A DNA stretch of 34,212 nucleotides from a virus (Duplodnaviria; Caudoviricetes), in IMG/VR virus record IMGVR_UViG_3300032295_000959, positions 1-34,212 of that record. One strand, 5' to 3'. The translations under genes were made by a program, and so were the position numbers. The notes beneath the pieces are model-generated. The model did no database searches. It was not told the origin of the DNA and worked only from the letters and a program-made list of their open reading frames with translations. Below, piece after piece: positions 16,193 through 25,013 of the stretch; within the stretch, counting starts at the first letter, position 1, and the number at the start of each line of letters is the position of its first letter.

Positions 16193-16971
16193 CCGACTAT
16201 GATGTATCCGTAAGTTTTGTCTGCTGTGTTATTTGCCCAATGGTTCACAGTAGCCGAACCTTGTTGCCTATTTGACACATACAAGTTAGTTGTTGCAGAT
16301 GTAGAAACATAGTTCATTGTTGTTATAAGTGATGCTGTACTCGGTCTAGTCGGGCTAGTCTGCGTTGGGTAAAACTCCAAACTGATAGCCGCATTAGTAG
16401 CAGACCAATAAAGCTCAATATAATCATCTTTTTGCAACTCTAGGAAATAGTTCCAGCCGACAATAGCATGACCGTTAACACCGCCATGACTATTAGGCAC
16501 AGAAATAAACCCTGTCGATCCAGTAACGTCAGAACCGTTTTTCCTTATCCAAACGCTAACATCGTGCAATTGACTATCTGTATTCTGGAATTGACCAGAC
16601 CATTGCAGATTATAAACACCATAGTTCCTGACGTTAATCCTTGAATTGTTGCTAATGTAAACGCCATTAGAATAATCCGTCGTATCTAACGTCATCGCTG
16701 TGGCTGTGTTAGCCGTAATAGCTTGGTCTGCAAGGCTCTGAAACGCTCCATAAGGCATTGAATCAGATTCAGCATTATCAGACATAGGCGTAAAGAAAAT
16801 AAGGCTGTCATAGCCTATACGCTCGTCGTAAAGGGTCGTTGTGGTGGCATTACCAGTCGCTAGGGTAAGAGTTCCAGTATTGTTCGTTTTCCCATCCATA
16901 ACACCACGAACAACTTCAGCAACGGCTCTCTGATCCCCTCCAAATGGCGGCAAAGTACGAAACTGAGTCAT
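16189..16971 (-). CDS. Virion protein with C1q/TNF-like central domain
   Basis: PYGAF...GVYNLQWSGQF...VWIRKNG...WNYFLEL..DDYIELYW. Confidence 0.65.
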   Translation of the reverse strand: MTQFRTLPPFGGDQRAVAEVVRGVMDGKTNNTGTLTLATGNATTTTLYDERIGYDSLIFFTPMSDNAESDSMPYGAFQSLADQAITANTATAMTLDTTDYSNGVYISNNSRINVRNYGVYNLQWSGQFQNTDSQLHDVSVWIRKNGSDVTGSTGFISVPNSHGGVNGHAIVGWNYFLELQKDDYIELYWSATNAAISLEFYPTQTSPTRPSTASLITTMNYVSTSATTNLYVSNRQQGSATVNHWANNTADKTYGYIIVG

Positions 16972-18386
16972 CGTTTACCCTGACCAATAACGTCAACATC
17001 AACGCCTAAAGCAGTTTTCCAATTACCAGATGGTATTGTTTCTAATCTGATATACCTTCCTGCATATCTAACAGAACATCTACCTTCTGAATCAGCCGAT
17101 ACAGGATCAGAAAACGTAATATCGTCACTTAGCAAGTTTCTAACAGCAACAGATACGGAGCCGCTACCAACATCAACTACTGGCCTAGCCAATCTCAAAA
17201 CAGCCCTGCCAACGTCAATATCGCCAGTTACTAATGAGCAAGTTTTCCTAGAGCCGTTAAAAGTGACAATATCCGAGCCGGAAATACCTGAAAAGATCGA
17301 GTTTCCTCCAGCCCATTGACGATCATCAAGAGAAACACCAAGCGCATCAATGCTTATGCTGTAATTATCAAGCGATTCAAGCGTTACAGACGGTGTAATC
17401 GTTACAGATATAGTTGTAGCCGTAGTAATCGCATAAGACCACCTATTCAAGTCAATGCTGTAGACCAATAAGATGTTTTCACCAGACTGAGCAACAAAGC
17501 ACCACAAAATTAACCGACGGATTGGATCAACAGTTGATGACATTTTGTCAATTCTGTTGACGTTCATGTTTTCAAATAGCCATTTATCAATTTTCTGGCT
17601 ACTAATCGGCCTAATTTCCTGACCATTACAGGCATAAAAGCCATCACTTGCAAGGAAATAGGTAACATTTTGGTATTGCGCTACGCTACCAGCAGCAAAA
17701 CACCCAAGCGACCTAGAAATAGCATCAAATTGGAAAAATAACGGACTTCCTATGTAACTCATGCGATAAATCGCATTGTCCATAAGCACTAAACCAAACT
17801 CACCACCAGTCAAACCGACAATATTGCCGCCATCGGGCAAAACTTGAGTATCAGACTGAGATGCAGCCCCCGGAACCCAATCAGTCTCGTCATTGATGTC
17901 AGACCAATACAGCTTGTTTTCATAGCTCGCAGCATTGCCAGCGACAACAAAATCCCTGACAACCGTTACATACTTTGCTATAGGCGCATTAGCCGATAAT
18001 TCAGCAAATGAACTACTGACATTTAGCGTATAAGACAGCAACTTTTCCTTACCATTAGCTAAAATTAGCTTATTGCCAAACTGAGTAACATCCCACGATT
18101 CAGTAGACGTTAATCCTGTGGTATTAATCGCATCAAGATTTAGCGTAGTACCGTTATATTTAAATATTTTCGAATTGCTAACAGCAAATAGCGTAGATGC
18201 TCCAGCAAATTTGCCGGAAAACGTATTCAATAGATTCTCAGAAGCCCCATTCCCAAATACAACTTCTGAAAGAACAGGCTCATAGCCATTCTGAGCAGGT
18301 ATGCAATTCTCAGCCTGTAACAAATTACCAGTTACCCCCGGCTGATCTGGCAACCATTCCGAAAACTTTATCCTTGACGTAGCCAT
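16968..18386 (-). CDS. Tail nozzle / DNA stabilisation protein (P22 gp10-like)
   Basis: FSEWLPDQP start; WSDIND..W; beta-propeller-like FLASDGFY; size and position. Confidence 0.8.
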   Translation of the reverse strand: MATSRIKFSEWLPDQPGVTGNLLQAENCIPAQNGYEPVLSEVVFGNGASENLLNTFSGKFAGASTLFAVSNSKIFKYNGTTLNLDAINTTGLTSTESWDVTQFGNKLILANGKEKLLSYTLNVSSSFAELSANAPIAKYVTVVRDFVVAGNAASYENKLYWSDINDETDWVPGAASQSDTQVLPDGGNIVGLTGGEFGLVLMDNAIYRMSYIGSPLFFQFDAISRSLGCFAAGSVAQYQNVTYFLASDGFYACNGQEIRPISSQKIDKWLFENMNVNRIDKMSSTVDPIRRLILWCFVAQSGENILLVYSIDLNRWSYAITTATTISVTITPSVTLESLDNYSISIDALGVSLDDRQWAGGNSIFSGISGSDIVTFNGSRKTCSLVTGDIDVGRAVLRLARPVVDVGSGSVSVAVRNLLSDDITFSDPVSADSEGRCSVRYAGRYIRLETIPSGNWKTALGVDVDVIGQGKR

Positions 18387-19141
18387 ACAGTACCTTCTGT
18401 GACGCTTTCATTCCATTGACTTGTAGAAGCAGATGAATCGCTCCAGCTTGCTTGATCTGCAACAACAACACTCCAACTATTACTGTTTGCACTAACATTA
18501 GACCAGTTATTTACTTCTCCGCTAACAGCAGACCATTCCTCACCAATGATATAGCCAGAAACAGCAAGAAGGCTATTTGCAAAAACACTAGCTCTAGCAT
18601 TAGCCGTAATGTTTCCAACAACATATAAACTTGTTTCAGTTACAACACTAGCAGAAGCATTGTATTGGAATGAGGCATTGCAACTAACAGATGCCTCACA
18701 GGAAACACTAGCTACAGCACTTCTAATGAAGTTAGCAGATGCCGTTACAGATGCAGAGGCAGATACACTAGCTACGCCTTCAATCAGCAACGAGCCAATA
18801 GCAGTTAAATTTGCTGATCCTGTAATTGATCCTGAACCACCTCGATAAACAGTCTGAGATGACTGAACAGACGCATCACAAGTTATTGAACAAGCAGCCC
18901 CTAGCGTTACAAAGGCTTGTCCTGTTACCGTTGCCTGTGCGGATATTGATGCAATACCACTAGCCGTTAGACTAGCGGCAGCTGATACAGAAGCAGATGC
19001 GGATATGCTTGCTGCGTTACTTGAAATTAAGCCAGCAGCGCAACTAGCAGAAGCAGAAGCGGTTACAGACGCACTTGCATAGACAGAATTCCCGCGCTGT
19101 TCAGATATTGCAGCGCTAGCAAGTGGCTGATAACCAAACAT
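18368..19141 (-). CDS. Ala/Ser-rich repetitive virion fibre protein
   Basis: MFGYQPLASAAIS start, ASVSASASV repeats, W-spaced C-terminal repeats. Confidence 0.7.
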   Translation of the reverse strand: MFGYQPLASAAISEQRGNSVYASASVTASASASCAAGLISSNAASISASASVSAAASLTASGIASISAQATVTGQAFVTLGAACSITCDASVQSSQTVYRGGSGSITGSANLTAIGSLLIEGVASVSASASVTASANFIRSAVASVSCEASVSCNASFQYNASASVVTETSLYVVGNITANARASVFANSLLAVSGYIIGEEWSAVSGEVNNWSNVSANSNSWSVVVADQASWSDSSASTSQWNESVTEGTVWLRQG

Positions 19142-19390
19142 TTATATTTGTTCCGTATAAGAATCGAAAATCTGTTGCGCTTTTGCAATCAAAGAATCAA
19201 GAGTGCCATCATCCTTGAGAGATACAAAGAACTGATCTAAGCTCATGGTAAACGTATCATCTAGCTGAACCAGAGATGCGAAGCTATTACCCTCGATAGC
19301 TGAGTTGTAAATATTGATCTGGATAACGCTATTTTTAGGACGCTGATCTATTAAGCGTATGCTGTACCCATTATGCTCATCAAAATACAT
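19142..19390 (-). CDS. Hypothetical protein (possible fibre chaperone)
   Basis: AGGTGG RBS; acidic 82 aa directly after a fibre gene. Confidence 0.7.
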   Translation of the reverse strand: MYFDEHNGYSIRLIDQRPKNSVIQINIYNSAIEGNSFASLVQLDDTFTMSLDQFFVSLKDDGTLDSLIAKAQQIFDSYTEQI

Positions 19391-19398
19391 AGGCCACC

Positions 19399-20448
19399 TT
19401 AGTTCGGCAATACTTCCACTACATAAGTGTAGTAAGTTGTTGAGCCAGCAGCAGGAGTAGTTCGATTCTGCAACCGCAAAACAACTGTCGTAGCACTAAC
19501 TACCGTCAGAACCTTACTCGCATTAACAGCACCAGCAGGGAAATTAGTCGCGTCAGAGTTGTATACCGTTCCAATTAGGTTAGCACCAGCAATTACAAAT
19601 GCTGTACCGCTATAGTTAATATTCTGTTGCCAATACTTAAACAGTCTGGCATAGGTTCCTGAGCCATTGTCATAAAGACCATTGGCCTCAACTCTCATGT
19701 AATAGTTGTAGTTTTGAGCAGCGGTAAATCTTGCCGTTAAATCAACATCTGTCTGCGTATCAGCATTAGTCATTACTACTGTGCCGTAATCAATAGTCTT
19801 ATTATTAATCCCGGTGGTAGTTGTGAGAATCGTAGTAGAAAGCCCTGTATTGGTAACGCTAGCAGCATTTACCAACGTAGTAGAAGCAGCAGCAGTCGCA
19901 TACATTCTTAGTGCTGTACCACCAGTAGCGCCAGTAGCAATAGCAGCTATCTTTGCTCTTACACCATTTGCATTTGTTGATGCGTCATTGCTGAAAAACT
20001 CAATATTCCCTAGAGAATCATTGAGTACAACTGTCGTATCAGTATTTTCAAATCTTAATGTTGTTCCGTTAGCATCTACCGACGAAATATGCAGTTCTTT
20101 AGCTGGTACTATAGTTCCAATGCCAACAAATCCACTATTGTCTGCGTACAAGCCCTTAGACGCTGGGGAAGTTACAAAGACATCTTTTGTTCCAGCAGGG
20201 AAATTAACGGCTGATCCAGAATTGCTAGATGAAAGAATCGTTGTTCTGGAAAGAGTTGTTCCACTTGCCGTATAAGTACCAATACCAACTTCCCAATTAG
20301 TTCCGTCAGTAATGGTGTAGTAAGTGACATTGTTATTGCCTATGACAGAAAAAGATTGAAAACCAGTAACAGCACCAGCAAGCGTAACTGTGCCAGTACC
20401 AGTAGTGGTAGTTGTCTCTTTAACCCTATCAGCAAGTACGAACGGCAT
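19399..20448 (-). CDS. Thr-rich fibre/spike protein
   Basis: LADRVKETTTTTGTGTVTL N-terminal module, WEVGIGTY, VGIGT fibre motif. Confidence 0.78.
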   Translation of the reverse strand: MPFVLADRVKETTTTTGTGTVTLAGAVTGFQSFSVIGNNNVTYYTITDGTNWEVGIGTYTASGTTLSRTTILSSSNSGSAVNFPAGTKDVFVTSPASKGLYADNSGFVGIGTIVPAKELHISSVDANGTTLRFENTDTTVVLNDSLGNIEFFSNDASTNANGVRAKIAAIATGATGGTALRMYATAAASTTLVNAASVTNTGLSTTILTTTTGINNKTIDYGTVVMTNADTQTDVDLTARFTAAQNYNYYMRVEANGLYDNGSGTYARLFKYWQQNINYSGTAFVIAGANLIGTVYNSDATNFPAGAVNASKVLTVVSATTVVLRLQNRTTPAAGSTTYYTYVVEVLPN

Positions 20449-20451
20449 AAT

Positions 20452-20838
20452 TTAGGCCAATGTAACGCTAAGATTTCCAGTACCAATAGTGAAAATATCA
20501 CCACTAGCAACTGCTTTAGAAGCATCTAACGCTGTGTGATACAGCAGATTGCCGGTAGTTAAAGCATCCATCAACCCAATATGCGTAATAGTTCCCCATG
20601 AACCTGTAGCTGTAGGGAATGTAACCGCACCACTATTCGTCGTTACGCCATTGCTAGGCGCACCAAATGACACCGAAACACGCGCATAAGAACCACCAGA
20701 AACCTCTGTGCCAGTACCAGCATCAGTAGGATCAGTAGTAAACAAAGCCACATAAACCGTCGTAGGGCTTGTATAAGACGTATTTCGTAGAGTAGCGTTA
20801 ATTAGCGCATCCTCCAGATAATTAGACATTTCTGCCAT
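20452..20838 (-). CDS. Conserved virion structural protein (fibre base/head decoration)
   Basis: MSNYLE...VYVALFTTDP.DAGTGTEVSGGSYAR motif. Confidence 0.75.
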   Translation of the reverse strand: MAEMSNYLEDALINATLRNTSYTSPTTVYVALFTTDPTDAGTGTEVSGGSYARVSVSFGAPSNGVTTNSGAVTFPTATGSWGTITHIGLMDALTTGNLLYHTALDASKAVASGDIFTIGTGNLSVTLA

Positions 20839-20841
20839 GAT

Positions 20842-21462
20842 TTACCTCACGTTGTAAGACATTGACATCGGCTGACCAGAATACTCGCTTGCCTGATCTG
20901 CAACAGAAATGGAATTTACTGCTCGATCATACATAGAACCCCAAATCTGCAACCTTTCATCGTTCATTAAGTATGGCTCTGCCTCAGCCAAAGCACCATA
21001 AAGTAGTGCATCGGGGCAATTAGCCAAAAAGACATTACTGGAATTATTGTCACTTAATAACGTAGGCTTTGAGTAATACAGCATCTGAACTGTATAAGCC
21101 GTATCTGGAGTAGGAGCTAGTTGGATTTCAGAACTTAAGATTGTGTAATCTACTGGCTTACCAGAGTCCGTAACCCTTGCTGTTTCGTAAAAGGAATTAG
21201 GAGCCTTGTATCTGAGCGTTGAGATAGGCGTAGTATTCAAGTGAATATCTCGCATCTCAAGAAAGCTCGATGGAAGCCCAACCTTAGAATCGCCTCCTGT
21301 TGTTGTTGTAGTTGCAACAATCAACATTTGCCGGATTCTTAGCTCTCTTGAAAGACGTTCCTCAGCAAGACGAATAAAATCTGGAATCACAGAATCCAGA
21401 TCGCTACGAGCTAGATAGCCAGCAATCGTAGTTTTTAGGTCGCTATAGCTCGTAAATGCCAT
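20842..21462 (-). CDS. Head-tail adaptor / tail tubular protein A-like
   Basis: YSDLKTTIA.YLARSDL...IPDFIRLAE; PDALLYGALAEAEPYLMNDER. Confidence 0.82.
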   Translation of the reverse strand: MAFTSYSDLKTTIAGYLARSDLDSVIPDFIRLAEERLSRELRIRQMLIVATTTTTGGDSKVGLPSSFLEMRDIHLNTTPISTLRYKAPNSFYETARVTDSGKPVDYTILSSEIQLAPTPDTAYTVQMLYYSKPTLLSDNNSSNVFLANCPDALLYGALAEAEPYLMNDERLQIWGSMYDRAVNSISVADQASEYSGQPMSMSYNVR

Positions 21463-21463
21463 T

Positions 21464-22117
21464 TTATTCCTCTAGCTGCTCAAAATCTTTCCAGCCATAT
21501 TCGTATGTGCCTATGTGTCTTATGTGCATCGACAAATCATGGTCAACATACGTTTCAAAACCTGCATCACCAGCTTTTATGCAGAAATAAACATCTTCCC
21601 CACATACACCATTTGGCCCCCATCCAGCATCAAACCAAGGCCGCTTTATTCCTTCAAATACTTCTTTCCGGATAAGAACCGCACCAAAACCTACAGCCGC
21701 AACCTGTTCTATCCCTTGCTTTCCTCTTGAGTCTATATTCCCCCACTTATGCGTAATCACATCACCATCACGCAAAATCTCAAGAGTCTTTGCAGTAGGA
21801 GTTACCGGTTTACGTCTAGTCGTTGCATTAACTCCAACTATCGGCACTTCTCTACTTAGCAAAATAGTAATCAAATCGTGAGGGAACCGCATATCGCTGT
21901 CAATAAACAACACAGCGTCGCAACCCTCTTTTAACGCCACCTCTGCCAACTTCTCACGCTGGTCAAATATCAGCGTTCCCGGCATCGTATATAGGCTTAA
22001 CCCATTTTTGCTATTTTTACACCGGACTGACGCATCATGAGCAGCCATCCGAGCAAAATCAAAAGCAAAACCTGTGTGAACCTCATCCCTACATGGTACG
22101 CAAACACCAACTCTCAT
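21464..22117 (-). CDS. GT-A fold glycosyltransferase (GT2-like)
   Basis: VCVP, LFIDSDM (DxD), VGFGAVLIRKEVF, GED.YFC, HIG. Confidence 0.85.
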   Translation of the reverse strand: MRVGVCVPCRDEVHTGFAFDFARMAAHDASVRCKNSKNGLSLYTMPGTLIFDQREKLAEVALKEGCDAVLFIDSDMRFPHDLITILLSREVPIVGVNATTRRKPVTPTAKTLEILRDGDVITHKWGNIDSRGKQGIEQVAAVGFGAVLIRKEVFEGIKRPWFDAGWGPNGVCGEDVYFCIKAGDAGFETYVDHDLSMHIRHIGTYEYGWKDFEQLEE

Positions 22118-22416
22118 ATGGTTCCTCGATACGTTTTCCAGACAGCATTATCAGGGTCATTGAGCCACTTAGCAAACCCAACGTCATCCACCACGTTAAA
22201 GCCCTTCATAATCCCCATCTGGTTCAGTACATCTATAACCGTAAAAGGAATTCTGGCTACATGGTGCAGATCGTTAAGATGCCCTTTTCGCTCTTTATCG
22301 AAATCTAACTGAGCCTTGTTAGCCTCAATGATCTCGGTAACGTCCTGTTTAGTCTCGATGACGATACCACCGTCACCATCCTCGTATGCTGTTTGAGTCC
22401 GTATCGGAGTACTCAT
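22114..22416 (-). CDS. Conserved hypothetical protein downstream of capsid
   Basis: QDVTEIIEANK...VARIP...KWLNDPDN. Confidence 0.8.
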   Translation of the reverse strand: MSTPIRTQTAYEDGDGGIVIETKQDVTEIIEANKAQLDFDKERKGHLNDLHHVARIPFTVIDVLNQMGIMKGFNVVDDVGFAKWLNDPDNAVWKTYRGTI

Positions 22417-22431
22417 AAATCCTTTCGTAGT

Positions 22432-22457
22432 TCCCCCTAGCCCGTAGGCTAGGAGGA
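22432..22457 (-). terminator. Strong hairpin after the capsid gene (UACG tetraloop, no U-tract)
   Basis: UCCUCCUAGCC-UACG-GGCUAGGGGGA. Confidence 0.55.
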
Positions 22458-22468
22458 TTTGCTACTAA

Positions 22469-23413
22469 TTACAGGCTCATATCGAGATCGGCAATGATCC
22501 CATGAGCAGCTTCGTTCTTAACTTCCAGAGTGACTTCAGCCAGCAACTGAGTATTCTCAGAGTCACCAGTCTTAGCCAGATCGTTAGTCTGGAACGGACG
22601 CAGATACGCTAGTGCTGCGTATTCTGGATCGAGTACCAGAGCATCACGGGTACGCATGAAGCGGTTAGGAACAACCGACATCGTGCCAAAGTCAGACATA
22701 TAAACGTCAGCAGCACCGATAATGGTGGTCGGAGTGTTACCCGGAGCCATGTAACGCTGTGCAGCGATACCAGCAAACGAGCTAACCTTCTGCTTACCAG
22801 CAGCACCAACCATCAGAATCTTAGGTGAGCCACCAGATACGAACACCTCAGACACCACAGTTTTCAGCAGAGTCTCGGTGAAAGTACGCTGTGTTCCATC
22901 AGTACGAGTCGATACACCGATAGTTGCAGGATCAGCACCACCCGAACCTACGTCCGAGTTAGTCTTGATCCACGACAAGATTGAACCGAGCTTACGAGCA
23001 ATCGTCGATGTACCAGCCGAACGACCTTGGTTAGCGCACAGGATAGTTTCCAGATCGCGCTTCAGTTCAGCTGATGCTTTAGCCAACTGATAAGCCTTTT
23101 CCGACTTACGACCTGCCTTGTTAACTGTGTCCAGAGTACCCGAAACCTGAACGGTCTTTTGGATAATCTGAGTGTAGTTACCAAGACGAACGGTAGGAGA
23201 CAGAGTAGCCGAAGTAGCGTCTGCACCTTCAATCGCTGCGTTAGCAGTCGTAGCAGCAGCTAGGCTGTCAGTCTGCCACTCATGATAAACGGCTGTAGCT
23301 TTGGTCTTGCCAATCGAACTCATGAAAGGAGTCTCAGTAGGCGAGATGTCATAGATGATGTCGGTCAAATCTTCGCGCTGACCAATCGCGCTGTGTGCTG
23401 TAAATGTAGGCAT
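22469..23413 (-). CDS. Major capsid protein (DUF5309/SU10-like)
   Basis: REDLTDIIYDISPTETPF, HEWQTDSL, NYTQI, Y.SDFG...VPNRF, LAKTGD. Confidence 0.93.
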   Translation of the reverse strand: MPTFTAHSAIGQREDLTDIIYDISPTETPFMSSIGKTKATAVYHEWQTDSLAAATTANAAIEGADATSATLSPTVRLGNYTQIIQKTVQVSGTLDTVNKAGRKSEKAYQLAKASAELKRDLETILCANQGRSAGTSTIARKLGSILSWIKTNSDVGSGGADPATIGVSTRTDGTQRTFTETLLKTVVSEVFVSGGSPKILMVGAAGKQKVSSFAGIAAQRYMAPGNTPTTIIGAADVYMSDFGTMSVVPNRFMRTRDALVLDPEYAALAYLRPFQTNDLAKTGDSENTQLLAEVTLEVKNEAAHGIIADLDMSL

Positions 23414-23422
23414 GATAATTTC

Positions 23423-24385
23423 CTATAAGAATCGTTCAAATGCTTTTGCGGCATCAGCAACCCTTCCGGTCTGCTTTGCTCGCGCTTTTGCTTTCCTCAG
23501 TTCATCGCTACCCTCGCGAGGCTGAGAAACTCCAGACTTAACAACCTTTGGAGCCTCGTTTACCCGCTTGGTAATCCCCGGTTTAGACGATTGCAACTTG
23601 TCGTATTGCATCGCCTTCCATAGCGTTAGAACCTGCCGAGAGTCATAAACTCCCGATAACTCTTGTTCTGAAAACCCTAACCTTAGACCAAACTCCCTCA
23701 GTTCTCGCCGAGCTACATCACCCTTTTGCGGATCAGCATATTCAGGTATTGCCTCTGCCAGCTTACGAGCTTCAGCCTGTATTACATGACCAAGATGCTC
23801 TTGCTGCTCCTGTTGTTGCTGCTGTGCAATTCGCTGTCGTTCCATTTGAACTTGAGCTAACTGCTTTTCCCGCTGTGACATCTCAGCGACCTTAACGGCA
23901 TAACCGATTGGGTCGTTTTCCTTTAGGTAATCCAGATTCTCAGTTTCCGGCTGCTGGTTAAGCATTTGCTCAATGATCTGCAACCGTTCTGCGTATTGGT
24001 CACGCATATACCTAGCTTCCTCGACACGCTGCCTCTCTGCTTCTACGGCTTTGCGTTCTTCTGCTACGGCTTGCGATTTCTTTGTATAGTCTGTGCCAAG
24101 TTGATAAGACTTGATAAGCTCATCAAGGGTTACCTCACGTTCTTCACCGGCTGCTTTCACCCGGAACGTCTGAGGCTCCTCTTGCTCGTCCTGCTCATCT
24201 TCTTGTTCTACCTCCGAGTACTCCTCGGATTCGGCTTCGCTATCATTGGCTTCGGCTTGGAGTTCAGGTTGTTCCTGTTCGGAGCCTTCTTGTCCACCCA
24301 TAAGACCCATAATAGCGTCGGCTGCACTACCTACAGTTAACTCTGGACTACCGGAATCCGGTGTCGTTCCTTGAGTATCGCTCAT
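23423..24385 (-). CDS. Capsid scaffolding protein
   Basis: Acidic N-terminus, VTLDEL...DYTKKSQ, coiled coil; directly upstream of capsid. Confidence 0.88.
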   Translation of the reverse strand: MSDTQGTTPDSGSPELTVGSAADAIMGLMGGQEGSEQEQPELQAEANDSEAESEEYSEVEQEDEQDEQEEPQTFRVKAAGEEREVTLDELIKSYQLGTDYTKKSQAVAEERKAVEAERQRVEEARYMRDQYAERLQIIEQMLNQQPETENLDYLKENDPIGYAVKVAEMSQREKQLAQVQMERQRIAQQQQQEQQEHLGHVIQAEARKLAEAIPEYADPQKGDVARRELREFGLRLGFSEQELSGVYDSRQVLTLWKAMQYDKLQSSKPGITKRVNEAPKVVKSGVSQPREGSDELRKAKARAKQTGRVADAAKAFERFL

Positions 24386-24426
24386 TTTTTCTTTCCTAAA
24401 TTATATCGGGAACCGCCCGAAACGGG

Positions 24427-24657
24427 TTACAAAATCTTTAATCTTTTCTCCTCGATGAGCCTGTTTGCTGAAAGCCCTTCCAAGTAAGTTTCAACTAATT
24501 CTAATGTCCTTAACCGCATATAAGCAGTCTCTCTGGACTGAAGATCAGAGTAATCGCTAGTTGCGAACTTATTAAGTTCAGCAGTCCTTAGCTCATTCAT
24601 CATTTCCTGAAAGAATTCATCCTTCAGTAGATTCTCAGCCCAGATAACTTTGCTCAT
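24427..24657 (-). CDS. Conserved small protein between portal and scaffold
   Basis: AENLLKDEFF...RE.AY helical motif. Confidence 0.8.
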   Translation of the reverse strand: MSKVIWAENLLKDEFFQEMMNELRTAELNKFATSDYSDLQSRETAYMRLRTLELVETYLEGLSANRLIEEKRLKIL

Positions 24658-25013
24658 CTGCTCTCCAATAATCCCACAGGCATCCGTAGTTCAGTCGATG
24701 ACGCAAATGGACTCTGACCGCTTGCTTGCCTAGACCGAGCAAACATCTCTGCCTTATCGTAAATCTCGTTAGTAGGCTGACCACCTTGTAGCAGAAGATT
24801 AACTTCCTGCTGCGTTAGTGTCGGAACCAGCAACGGATAACTCAAACCTTGATCGTTAGTAGCAGATATTTCAGTCGAGAACCCTTCAGAGCTAGGCAAC
24901 AGACCAAAATAGCCTTTACCCTTCATAGACAATGGCTCAGACGGACTTTCAGCATATCTAGCCCCATACGAGGCTATACCTTGCTGAATGATGTCGTTAA
25001 GCAATCCGTTCAT
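24654..25013 (-). CDS. Hypothetical protein
   Basis: ATGA-coupled at both ends; KGKGYFG...TEIS...PLLVPTLT. Confidence 0.78.
   Translation of the reverse strand: MNGLLNDIIQQGIASYGARYAESPSEPLSMKGKGYFGLLPSSEGFSTEISATNDQGLSYPLLVPTLTQQEVNLLLQGGQPTNEIYDKAEMFARSRQASGQSPFASSTELRMPVGLLESR

Noticed and set aside
19814-20275. 153-aa + strand ORF and the many other antisense or alternate-frame track ORFs (e.g. 12978-13304, 23966-24340, 24849-25223, 27482-27823, 27898-28287, 4205-4492)
   Set aside because: Shadow ORFs of well-supported genes, with no RBS or motifs
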